A stretch of 32,000 bases of DNA, taken from NCBI RefSeq assembly GCF_001457595.1, contig NZ_LN831039.1:1920001-1952000 (forward strand), given 5' to 3'. The notes beneath the pieces are model-generated. The model was not told the origin of the DNA. It saw nothing but the letters and a program-made list of their open reading frames with translations, and did no database searches. Made by a program: the position numbers and the translations under genes. This DNA comes from Mycolicibacterium smegmatis. Its GTDB lineage: Bacteria > Actinomycetota > Actinomycetes > Mycobacteriales > Mycobacteriaceae. Shown piece by piece: positions 7,939 to 16,174 of the stretch (positions are counted from its first letter, which is position 1; every line of letters starts with the position of its first letter).

Positions 7939-8042
7939 GTCGGTGCTCCTCACCTGGGAATTCAGCCGGATCGGTTCGGTTGCGGGCCCTGGGGACCCGC
8001 TCAGGTATGCCCGTTTCCCGCGCGCTCGAAGCGCACCCCCGG

Positions 8043-8067
8043 GTTTTGCATCGACGCTCCCGGGGTA
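8043..8067 (+). promoter_or_regulatory. SigF-type promoter, exact consensus, for UsfY-like paralog 2
   Basis: GTTT(8043-8046)-N16-GGGTA(8063-8067), 73 nt upstream of ATG 8140 (SD GAAGGGAG). Confidence 0.7.
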
Positions 8068-8139
8068 GCCCGAAGGGCAAGTCCGGCCTGCCCGGTGCGG
8101 ACCGAAGATGATTCTGGGCGCCGCCGAAGGGAGCAGTAA

Positions 8140-8445
8140 ATGGGCGACACCGCGAAAGATCCGGTGGACCATGCACGAACGACGAGGCCGCACGCCGGCG
8201 AGACGCTGAAGGACACCACCAACATCCCCGCGTTGATCCTGTTGTTCCTGGGCGGTGTGTCCTTCGTGTCGTGTCTGTTCGCGTTCAGCACGAGCCATGA
8301 GACGGTCGGTATCGTCCTCGCGGTCGTTGCGGCCCTGTTGTTCGTGGTCAGTGGTTCGTGGCTGGTGATCGAGCACCGGAGGGTGACCCGTAAGGAACGC
8401 CAGTGGAATGCCGCCCACCCGGAGGTGCACCAGAGCCGGCCCTGA
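8140..8445 (+). CDS. UsfY-like small membrane protein, paralog 2 (101 aa)
   Basis: MGDTAKDPVDHARTTRPHAGETLKD, two hydrophobic helices, and EHRRVTRKERQWNAAHPEVHQ. Paralog of the ORFs at 105 and 28772. Confidence 0.8.
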   Translation: MGDTAKDPVDHARTTRPHAGETLKDTTNIPALILLFLGGVSFVSCLFAFSTSHETVGIVLAVVAALLFVVSGSWLVIEHRRVTRKERQWNAAHPEVHQSRP

Positions 8446-8453
8446 CCGGGAAT

Positions 8454-8795
8454 TCACCCGCCGGGACGCAGCCCCGGCGGGTGCCGCTCGAAGCCGCCGC
8501 GCAGCATGACGCGATCGGCAGTTATGCGGGCGATGTCGGCCCACTCGACCACGAACGTCCCGCGGTGGCGCCAGCGCGCGATCGCGGCGATCACGGCAGG
8601 CGCGTTGATGCCGGTGCGCTCGTATCCCAGGTATGACGACCTCGTGTGGGGGCTGACGACCAGCCCGGCGAGCCGTGGTGCCGGAGGATTCTCGGTCGCC
8701 GAGCCCGCTACCGTGAGCCGCACGTCGATGACTGTTCCGACGCGGTGATGTCCCGCGTCCGTGACCATGAGCCCCAGCAGATCACTCAGCTGCAT
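8454..8795 (-). CDS. PRC-barrel domain protein (113 aa)
   Basis: MQLSDLLGLMVTDAGHHRVGTVIDVRL... is typical of a PRC-barrel N-terminus. The start overlaps the upstream PRC gene by 14 nt. Confidence 0.7.
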   Translation of the reverse strand: MQLSDLLGLMVTDAGHHRVGTVIDVRLTVAGSATENPPAPRLAGLVVSPHTRSSYLGYERTGINAPAVIAAIARWRHRGTFVVEWADIARITADRVMLRGGFERHPPGLRPGG

Positions 8796-9180
8796 GGCGG
8801 CCGCCCGGTATGCGGGAGACGATGTGGTCGCGCAGCCAGTGTTCCACCCATTGCGCGTCGAAGTTCAGGTCGGTGGGGCGCAGCTGCAATGTGACGCCGA
8901 TCGAGGCGACCACATCCCACGGGATCTCGTGCAGCAGGGACCGCGGCGGTGCTCCGCCGAGAATCCGGGTGATCACCACCTGGCCGGTCAGCAGCGAGGT
9001 GACGCGAGGCGCCGGAGTTCCGGCCGCGATCGGTTTGTCGATCTCGATGCCGTCGAGTTCGAGGTCGTCGACGATGCCCACCGGTGCTCCGTCGTCGTCG
9101 ATCAATTGACGGTCCAGCAGGTGCAGGCGTGCATCCAGCGTCGTCCGGTGGGTCCGGCCACGGGTTGAGGAGCCGCTCAC
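8782..9180 (-). CDS. PRC-barrel-like protein (132 aa, GTG start)
   Basis: LLDRQLIDDDGAPVGIVDDLELD is PRC-barrel-like. The in-frame GTG 9180 overlaps the Nramp stop (GTGA). The rest of the track ORF 8782..10059 is an antisense shadow of the Nramp gene. Confidence 0.6.
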   Translation of the reverse strand: MSGSSTRGRTHRTTLDARLHLLDRQLIDDDGAPVGIVDDLELDGIEIDKPIAAGTPAPRVTSLLTGQVVITRILGGAPPRSLLHEIPWDVVASIGVTLQLRPTDLNFDAQWVEHWLRDHIVSRIPGGRHAAE

Positions 9181-10406
9181 CGTCCGGCTCCCGTCACGAT
9201 CATGAGCGGTATCGCGGCCAGCGAAGCCGCGAGGATGATCACCAGATAGACAGAGCCGAACATGTTGGTCACCTTTCCGTTCGTGTTCTCGCCCATGTAT
9301 TCCGGATCGTTGGCGACGATGAGGATGGGCAGATAGGTCAAGGGCAGGGCGATCGCCGAGAACACCACCGAGTACTCGGTCACCAGAACCGGGTCGACGC
9401 CGGTGAACAGCACGGCGGCGCCCACCACGATGCTGACGAACATCACCACATGGAACCGCGCGGCCTGGGCGGGCCTGCGGAACTTGCCCCATGGCCAGCC
9501 GAGGAACTGAGCGAGTGTGTATCCGCTCGACAGTGTGGTCTCCAGCGCCGCACCGAAAGTCGCCGCGACGATACCGATGACCGCGAACGCGAGCGCGAGC
9601 TTGCCGCCGGCCTCGACGACGGGCATCACCACCTGTGACAGGGAGGTCACCTCGATCTGCTGGGGTAACAAAACCAGCGTGGCGCATGTGGCGATCGCGA
9701 TGGACAGCAGCCCGCCGAGCGGGAAGCCCACCATGACGTTCATCCGGGAGACGCCGAGATCCTTGGTGGTCCAATGTTCTTCGACGGCGCCCGAGGAGAA
9801 GAAGAACACCTCGTACGGAGTCATCGCCGCGCCGAAGAGCGCGATCGCGTAGTACCAGTAGGTTGCCGCGGATTCCGATTCGGGGATCGCCGGCTGTACG
9901 GCCTGACCCGCGAGGTCGCCCCAGTTCGGTTGCAGCGCGAAGACACTGACGGCGAACACGATCAGGCACAGACCCAGGATCCCGGCGGCGTTCTCCATGA
10001 CGGTGAACTTGACGCGCCAGACCACCAGCCACACCGCGAACGCCGCAACCGGTATCCACATCATCGTGCCCACGTCGGTGGCGAGTTGCAGCGCCAGGGC
10101 GACGCCGCCGATCTCGGCCGTCAGCGTCATGAGGTTGATGAAGAACGAGGCGCCGAGGTTGGCGGCGGCCGTGCGCGGGCCGAGGCGTTCACGGATGATC
10201 TCGAACGTGGCGCGGCCACTGACCGCGGCCACCCGTCCGGCCATCTGCGCGAACAGGCAGATGCCGACAACGCCGACCACCACCACCCACACGAGTGCCA
10301 GCCCGAAGCGCGAGCCGACCACGGCATTGGTGACCAGGTCGCCGATGTCGAGGAAGCCGCCGATCGCGGTCAGGATGCCGAGTGCGACCGCGAAGAACTT
10401 CTTCAT
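9177..10406 (-). CDS. Nramp-family (MntH-related) metal ion transporter with non-canonical site residues (409 aa)
   Basis: About 11 hydrophobic helices. TM1 GGFLDIGDLVTN stands in place of the DPGN motif. TM6 FGAAMTPYEVFFFSS stands in place of GATVMPHNLYLHS (alignment by eye). Confidence 0.8.
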   Translation of the reverse strand: MKKFFAVALGILTAIGGFLDIGDLVTNAVVGSRFGLALVWVVVVGVVGICLFAQMAGRVAAVSGRATFEIIRERLGPRTAAANLGASFFINLMTLTAEIGGVALALQLATDVGTMMWIPVAAFAVWLVVWRVKFTVMENAAGILGLCLIVFAVSVFALQPNWGDLAGQAVQPAIPESESAATYWYYAIALFGAAMTPYEVFFFSSGAVEEHWTTKDLGVSRMNVMVGFPLGGLLSIAIATCATLVLLPQQIEVTSLSQVVMPVVEAGGKLALAFAVIGIVAATFGAALETTLSSGYTLAQFLGWPWGKFRRPAQAARFHVVMFVSIVVGAAVLFTGVDPVLVTEYSVVFSAIALPLTYLPILIVANDPEYMGENTNGKVTNMFGSVYLVIILAASLAAIPLMIVTGAGR

Positions 10407-10870
10407 CAGCGGTACCCGGTCTCGAGCGCGTCGGCCGCGGCCAGCAGATCGTCACGCAGGCGGGGCAGCGGAGGTTCGGCCGTGATCTCACGGACGCGGG
10501 CCGAGGCCGTGTTGAGCCGGCCGATGATGTCGGTCATGGACGCGGTGAGCAACCGCTGCCGACCGATGTCCGCCGCGTCTTCGGCTTCAAGATCGGCAAT
10601 GCCCTTGTACGCCTTGAGAACTTCGTCCCTGGCGTCGGAGACCTGCACATTGGCCAACTGTCTCGATGTGCGATCGCGGATCCGCAGGTCCAGCGCGTAG
10701 GCGCCGCTGCGGGCCGCGGCCACCGTTTCCTCCATGGCCTGCGCGAGCCGGCCCGGCATACCGTCGCGATTGCTCGGGCAGCGTGTCAGCAGCAGGCCCA
10801 GCGCGATGATCATCAACCCGGTCAGCAACACCGTCCGGAGGTGACGTCGTCTGTCATCGACGCCGGCCAT
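10406..10870 (-). CDS. Membrane-anchored hypothetical protein (154 aa)
   Basis: ATG 10870. N-terminal TM helix LRTVLLTGLMIIALGLLLT followed by a helical soluble part. Its stop overlaps the Nramp ATG (TGATG). The track ORF 10406..11434 is trimmed because it overlaps the SDR gene. Confidence 0.6.
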   Translation of the reverse strand: MAGVDDRRRHLRTVLLTGLMIIALGLLLTRCPSNRDGMPGRLAQAMEETVAAARSGAYALDLRIRDRTSRQLANVQVSDARDEVLKAYKGIADLEAEDAADIGRQRLLTASMTDIIGRLNTASARVREITAEPPLPRLRDDLLAAADALETGYR

Positions 10871-10887
10871 GATGCGTCGGCTTCGGC

Positions 10888-11775
10888 TCAGCCCGGAAGG
10901 GTTTCGCCACCCAGCGGCGCGAGTACCTCGCCGGTGTAGTACGACGACAGTTGGTCGGCGGCGAAGAAGACGTACGACGGTGCGATCTCGTCGGGTTGGG
11001 CCGCGCGGTTGTACGGCGTTTGCTCTCCGAACGACTCGACGCGGTCGGAATCCATGGTGGCAGGGATCAGCGGGGTCCAAACCGGCCCCGGCGCAACGCA
11101 GTTCACCCGGATTCGACGCTCGGTCAGTGACTGGGCCAGTGCATAGGTGAGTGCGATGACCGCGCCCTTGGTTGCCGAGTAGTCGATCAAGGTCTTGTTG
11201 CCGCGAAGTCCGTTGATGGAGGCGGTGTTGATGATCGCGCCGCCGTCGGGGAGGTAGTCGAGCGCAGCCTTGGTGACGTAGAAGAAGCTGTCGATGTTCA
11301 CCGCGAACGTGTGCCGCCACTGTTCGTCGCTGATATCGGTGAACTCCTCGGTGGGACGTTGGTACGCAACGTTGTTGACCAGGATGTCGATACCGCCCAG
11401 CGCTCCGGCGGTGCGCGTGACGATCGCCCTGCACTGCTCGACCTCGGCGAGATCGCCGGGCAGTCGCAGACAGCGACGGCCGGTGCGCTCCACCAGCGAA
11501 GCGGTGTGGGTGGCGTCGTCGTGCTCCTCCAGGTACGCGATCGCGACGTCTGCGCCTTCCTTGGCGAATGCCACCGCGACCGCACGCCCGATCCCCGAGT
11601 CACCACCCGTGATCAACGCGCGCTTGCCCTCGAGGAGACCCCGGCCGACATAGTCGGCCATCTCGTCGTGCGGATCGTCGTCCATGTCCTCGGTATGGCC
11701 GGGATAGGGGATCACGTTGTGCTGATCGTTGAGATCTTGATCTGCGCCGGGTTTGTCGGATTCGAAAGATTCCAT
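10888..11775 (-). CDS. YdaD/YhxC-like general-stress short-chain dehydrogenase (295 aa)
   Basis: KRALITGGDSGIGRAVAVAF (TGxxxGxG), NNVA, and YSATKGAV (YxxxK). An acidic N-terminal extension, as in the Bacillus general stress SDRs. Confidence 0.85.
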   Translation of the reverse strand: MESFESDKPGADQDLNDQHNVIPYPGHTEDMDDDPHDEMADYVGRGLLEGKRALITGGDSGIGRAVAVAFAKEGADVAIAYLEEHDDATHTASLVERTGRRCLRLPGDLAEVEQCRAIVTRTAGALGGIDILVNNVAYQRPTEEFTDISDEQWRHTFAVNIDSFFYVTKAALDYLPDGGAIINTASINGLRGNKTLIDYSATKGAVIALTYALAQSLTERRIRVNCVAPGPVWTPLIPATMDSDRVESFGEQTPYNRAAQPDEIAPSYVFFAADQLSSYYTGEVLAPLGGETLPG

Positions 11776-11790
11776 GGGTATTTCGCCTAC

Positions 11791-11994
11791 CTAGCTATCG
11801 CGGGGGTCATCGGGGTCGAGGTCGACGGTTTCGCGTTGCTCCTGCCAGTCACCGTCGCCGGCCTCCAGCGGAGGGCCGTCGGGGTCGGACACCGAGTTCT
11901 CGTCGCTCTCGCCGATGAGCGGCCGGACGGCAGGTTGATCTTGTTCGACAGCGTCTGCGACAGGTACCTCGTCGGGTACGTCCTGGTGTTCCAT
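11791..11994 (-). CDS. Small highly acidic hypothetical protein (67 aa)
   Basis: ATG 11994 lies 12 nt after the -10 A of the promoter at 12006. MEHQDVPDEVPVADAVEQDQ... is D/E/P-rich. It is 15 nt upstream of the SDR gene. Confidence 0.55.
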   Translation of the reverse strand: MEHQDVPDEVPVADAVEQDQPAVRPLIGESDENSVSDPDGPPLEAGDGDWQEQRETVDLDPDDPRDS

Positions 11995-12005
11995 GGCCGG
12001 GCGGA

Positions 12006-12029
12006 TACCCGAGAAGTTCTCGATCAAAC
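12006..12029 (-). promoter_or_regulatory. SigF-type promoter, exact consensus, for the 6-gene minus-strand operon
   Basis: The minus strand reads GTTT(12029-12026)-N15-GGGTATCCG(12010-12002). Confidence 0.7.
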
Positions 12030-12038
12030 TCTTCGAGT

Positions 12039-12062
12039 GTTTAAGAGTGCAGTGCCCGGGTA
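12039..12062 (+). promoter_or_regulatory. SigF-type promoter, exact consensus, for the first glycosyltransferase genes
   Basis: GTTT(12039-12042)-N15-GGGTA(12058-12062). ATG 12074 lies 12 nt after the -10 A. Confidence 0.7.
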
Positions 12063-12073
12063 CGCCCGGTCTC

Positions 12074-13045
12074 ATGACTTCAGACCGGTTGCGGTCGATC
12101 TTGGCTTGGCATGTGCACGGTTCCTGGATGGAATCGTTCGTTTCGGGCGGCCACCGTTATCTGATCCCGCTCAACGCGGCGGGCGACGCACACGGGCGTG
12201 GCCTGTGCGGTCGTAATTGGCCTGCCGCGCAATAAGTCTCACTCGATCGCCTGCGTGAGGAAGACGTCGACCTCGTGGTCCTGCAGCGGCCCGAGGAGAT
12301 CGAACTGGTCGAACGATTTCTCGGTCGGCGTCCCGGAATGGACATTCCCGCGGTGTATGTCGAGCACAATGCGCCACGGCCCTACGCCGTGGATGCTGTG
12401 CATCCGCTTGCGGAACGCTGTGACATCCCTGTGGTGCACGTGACCGATTACAACCGCTTGATGTGGGACACCGGCATCGCACCGACGCGCGTGATCACGC
12501 ACGGAATCGCCGATCCCGGCAACCTTTTCAGCCCGGAGATCGGTGCCGCGGCGACGATGATCAACGAACCGATACGGCGCTGGCGAACAGTCGGGACCGA
12601 TCTGCTCGCGAAACTGAGCACGCACGTTCCCATCGACGTCTGGGGCATCGGGAGCGCGGAGCTCAACATCGACGGCCGGCTCGGGGCGGTGCGGGGACGC
12701 GGCGACGTGGGACATCCACAGGTGCTGCACGAAATCGCGAGACGGCACGTCTATGTGCACACGGCGCGGTGGACCTCACTGGGGCTGTCCCTGCTCGAGG
12801 CGATGTTCGTCGGCATGCCGATCGTCGCCGTCGGTACCACGCAGGTGCCGATGGTGGTGCCTGCGGACGCGGGTGTGGTGAGCGCGGATGTCGAGGAGCT
12901 GGGATCCGCACTCCGGAGATATGTGAACGACCCGTCCGCGGCGGCTGTTGCGGGCAAAGCGGCCCGTGAATACGCACTGGTCCATTTCGGCCTCCACCGG
13001 TTCCTCACCGACTGGGACCGTCTGATCGCCGAATTCTGCCGGTGA
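12074..13045 (+). pseudogene. GT-B (GT4-like) glycosyltransferase interrupted by in-frame TAA at 12233-12235
   Basis: ORFs 11993..12235 and 12275..13045 share one frame and only one stop lies between them. The N-terminal part is MTSDRLRSILAWHVHGSWMESFVSGGHRYLIP. The C-terminal part has WTSLGLSLLEAMFVGMPIVAV. Confidence 0.75.
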
Positions 13046-13061
13046 CTTCGAGGAGTGGTGA

Positions 13062-14284
13062 ATGAAGATTGCGATGGTATCTGAGCACGCCAGCCCGCTC
13101 GCGGCTCTCGGCGGCGTCGACGCAGGAGGTCAAAATGTACACGTTGCCGAGCTGTCGGCGGCGTTGAGCCGCCGTGGCCATGAGGTGGCGGTCTACACCA
13201 GACGCGATGACCCGGATCTGCCCGAGCGCATCGTCACCCCCGACGGGTACAGCGTCCATCACGTGCCTGCCGGGCCGGCGGAGCCCATACCCAAAGACGA
13301 ATTGCTGCAATACATGGGGGATTCGCGCGGTACCTCGACCGGTGCTGGTCGGCCGACCGGCCGGACGTCGTGCACGCCCACTTCTGGATGTCCGGCGTCG
13401 CCACCCAGCTCGCGGCACGCCACCTCAACCTGCCCGCCGTCCAGACTTTCCACGCCCTGGGCGTCGTGAAACGGCGTTACCAGGGCGCCAAGGACACCAG
13501 CCCGCCCGACCGGTTGAAGTTGGAGGCGATGGTCGCACGCTGCGCCACGTGGGTTGCCGCGACGTGCACCGACGAGGTTTTCGAGCTCATGAGGCTGGGC
13601 CGGTCGCGTTCGCAGACGTCGGTCGTTCCATGCGGTGTCGATGTCGAGCTGTTCCGGCCCGACGGGCCGAAAGCCCCCCGCGGAGAGCTGCATCGAATCG
13701 TCAGTGTCGGGAGATTCGTGCCGCGCAAGGGTTTCGACGTGGTCATCCGAGCACTGCCGAGCGTTCCCGGCGCCGAACTGGTCATCGTCGGTGGACCGGA
13801 CCGGGCCGGCCTCGACAGCGACCCTGAAGCGTGCCGACTGCGCGAACTGGCGCGCCAACTCGGGGTCGGCGACCGGGTGAAGATGTACGGAGCGGTGGCT
13901 CGAAAGGACATGCCTGCCGTATTGCGCTCGGCCGATGTGGTCGCGTGCACTCCCTGGTACGAACCATTCGGGATCGTGCCGCTGGAGGCGATGGCGTGCG
14001 GAGCACCGGTGGTGGCTTCCGCCGTCGGCGGGATGCTCGACACCGTCGTACACGACGTGACCGGCCGCCTGGTGACACCCAAGCGGCCGGACCGGGTGGC
14101 CGAGGCGCTCAACGGTCTGCTGCGCGATGAGTTCCTGCGGCAGAGCCTGGGCGCTGCGGGGCGCGACCGCGCCCGGTCGCGCTACACCTGGGACCGCATC
14201 GCCGCGGACACCCTGCGAATCTACGACCGCATCGGACCGTCGGGCTACCAGCGGTCCGATGCGCCGAGCGCGTCGCTGGGGTGA
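13062..14284 (+). pseudogene. MshA-like GT4 glycosyltransferase with -1 frameshift near 13316-13322
   Basis: The N-terminal domain (MKIAMVSEHASPLAALGGVDAGGQNVHV...ELLQYMGD) is in the frame of 13062. The continuation FARYLDRCWSADRPDVVHAHFWMSG...EPFGIVPLEAMACGAPVVAS is in the frame of 13370. Confidence 0.8.
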
Positions 14285-14289
14285 GCGTG

Positions 14290-15186
14290 TCAGCGCTGAC
14301 GGTCGCGCTCCAGAACGGCGAGCGCACTTTCGACAGACGACGGCAGTCGCCTGCGGTGGGTGATCACCGCGGGCAGACGCAGCACTGCCTCGACCGCCGC
14401 ACGCGCGTGCTCGGTGTCGTGTGCGGCCGCCCGCAGCAGCGACGCGGTGGCCTCGACACAGTTCCGCGCGGGTCTGCGCAGCCAGGTGGTGAGCACGTCG
14501 TTACGCAGACTGCGAGCGTCCTGCGCCGCGGTGGTCGGCCGCTGCTGCGACGGTTGGTGGATGGCCGTCAGCTCGGCGCAGTAACACAGATCCCAGCCCA
14601 GCGCAGCCAGATCCAGTGCGAGCAGTCGCTCCTCGCCGCGGAAGTGCAGGATCTCACTGAATCCGCCCGCGGCCTCGAACGCCGTTTTCCTGACCATTGC
14701 CGAACACGCGAGGAACCCCAGGATCGAGGGACCCGGCAGGTCGTGGCGGTGTCCCAGGGCGCTGTTGGCCAACTGCTCGACGAGAGGATCCTCGCGGCGC
14801 TGCGGCCACACCTCGGTGCGGCCCGCGAGGACCGCGAGCGTGGGATACCGGTCGAACATCTGCGCGCCGCGTGCCGGAGCCTGCGGTTCCCACCACGAAT
14901 CGTCGTCACAGAAGGCGACGTAGGGTGTGCGGCACGCCGCGACGCCGACGTTGCGCCCGACCGCGCCGAGATTCGACGAGAGCCCCATCACCGCGACGCG
15001 GCCCGCCGACCGGGCGGCGACACGACCCACCACCTTCACCGAGTCGTCATCGGACCCGTTGTCCACCACGATGATCGGGCAGGCAGTGGTATCCAGAAGG
15101 CGCTGCACCACGCGGGAGAGTTCCGGTGCGCGGTTCCGGCTCGCGATCACGAACGACATCTTCTGCTGCAACGCACTCTCATCCAT
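14290..15186 (-). CDS. GT2-family glycosyltransferase (298 aa)
   Basis: MSFVIASRNRAPEL...IIVVDNGSDD...AFCDDDSWW (DxD) form a GT-A fold signature. Start is ATG 15186 or 15159. Confidence 0.8.
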   Translation of the reverse strand: MDESALQQKMSFVIASRNRAPELSRVVQRLLDTTACPIIVVDNGSDDDSVKVVGRVAARSAGRVAVMGLSSNLGAVGRNVGVAACRTPYVAFCDDDSWWEPQAPARGAQMFDRYPTLAVLAGRTEVWPQRREDPLVEQLANSALGHRHDLPGPSILGFLACSAMVRKTAFEAAGGFSEILHFRGEERLLALDLAALGWDLCYCAELTAIHQPSQQRPTTAAQDARSLRNDVLTTWLRRPARNCVEATASLLRAAAHDTEHARAAVEAVLRLPAVITHRRRLPSSVESALAVLERDRQR

Positions 15187-15198
15187 AACCCCGCGAGC

Positions 15199-15222
15199 TA
15201 CCCGCGACGACGATCGGTAAAC
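15199..15222 (-). promoter_or_regulatory. SigF-type promoter, exact consensus, for the GT2 gene
   Basis: The minus strand reads GTTT(15222-15219)-N15-GGGTA(15203-15199). ATG 15186 lies 13 nt after the -10 A. Confidence 0.65.
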
Positions 15223-15235
15223 CGCTGTGCATGAA

Positions 15236-16171
15236 ATGAAGCGTGTCCTGGTCACCGGAGGAGGCGGATTCCTCGGCGGCCATCTGTGCGAACGGCTGCT
15301 CGACGGCGGCCTCGAAGTGTTCTGTGTCGACGACCTGTCGACGAGCGCCCCGAGCACCGTCGACCTCCTGAGCGGACGAAGCGGGTACACCTTCGTCCAC
15401 CACGACATCAGCGCCCCGCTGACGGACGTGCCCGTTGTGGACACCGTGTTCCATCTGGCATCACCGGCCTCACCGGTGGATTACCAACGCATGCCGGTAC
15501 AGACCCTGCGCACCGGTTCACTCGGCACCGCCAATGCGCTGGATTTCGCCGAACGCTGCGGCGCCCGCTTGATCCTGACCTCCACCAGTGAGATCTATGG
15601 CGATCCCTTGGAACATCCGCAGCGCGAAACCTATTGGGGTAACGTCAATCCTGTTGGGCTGCGGAGCGTCTACGACGAGGCCAAGCGGTTCGCCGAAGCG
15701 TTGACTTTCGCATACCAACGCGCCAGGGACGCCGACATCGGAGTCGCGCGGCTCTTCAACACCTACGGGCCGCGGATGCGTGGCGACGACGGGCGCGTCG
15801 TGCCGACGTTCTGCCGGCAGGCACTGTGCGGGGAACCGATCACGGTGCACGGCACGGGACGGCAGACCCGCTCACTGTGCTACGTCGACGACACGGTCGA
15901 CGCATTGATCGCGCTCGCAGAATCCGATTGCACGGGACCACTCAACATAGGCAATCCCCACGAGATGACGGTGTTGGAGATCGCCGAGACCGTGCGTGAG
16001 CTGGCGGGCAGTGCGTCGTCCATCGAGTTCCTGCCCCTCGGTGAGGACGACCCGCAACGACGGTGCCCCGACATCACCGCCGCCAGAGAACAACTCGGCT
16101 GGCAACCCAAGATCGGATGCCGCGAAGGGCTTGCGAGAACGCTCAAATGGTTTTCTGTGCAACAACATTAG
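15236..16171 (+). CDS. UDP-glucuronate decarboxylase (UDP-xylose synthase)-type extended SDR (311 aa)
   Basis: VLVTGGGGFLGGHL, STSEIYGDPLEHPQRETYWGNVNPVGLRSVYDEAKRFAE and FNTYGPRM...DGRVV closely match the UXS family. An alternative GTG start is at 15227. Confidence 0.85.
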   Translation: MKRVLVTGGGGFLGGHLCERLLDGGLEVFCVDDLSTSAPSTVDLLSGRSGYTFVHHDISAPLTDVPVVDTVFHLASPASPVDYQRMPVQTLRTGSLGTANALDFAERCGARLILTSTSEIYGDPLEHPQRETYWGNVNPVGLRSVYDEAKRFAEALTFAYQRARDADIGVARLFNTYGPRMRGDDGRVVPTFCRQALCGEPITVHGTGRQTRSLCYVDDTVDALIALAESDCTGPLNIGNPHEMTVLEIAETVRELAGSASSIEFLPLGEDDPQRRCPDITAAREQLGWQPKIGCREGLARTLKWFSVQQH

Positions 16172-16174
16172 GAG

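Noticed and set aside
8008-8032. Possible minus-strand SigF-like promoter (GCTT-N16-GGGCAT) for the 85-aa gene and RNase Z-like unit.
   Set aside because: The -35 deviates (GCTT) and the -10 is also the variant form. Two mismatches in a 9-nt motif is too weak to call without TSS data.
11751-11780. GTTT ... GGGTA on the plus strand near the start of the SDR gene.
   Set aside because: The spacer is 21 nt, outside the 15-17 range. It lies within or at the edge of a minus-strand CDS with no plus-strand gene downstream before the stronger promoter at 12039.
14289-14300. Perfect 12-bp palindrome GTCAGCGCTGAC between the convergent GT4 and GT2 stops.
   Set aside because: It is too short to be a stable terminator stem on its own and overlaps a stop codon. 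It is probably incidental.
15227-15238. Mini-ORF ATG AAA TGA (15231-15239) overlapping the UXS start, and GTG 15227 as an alternative start. I also searched here for a plus-strand promoter for the nine-gene core operon.
   Set aside because: No SigF-type or clear TANNNT element could be placed with confidence. This is left unresolved rather than called.
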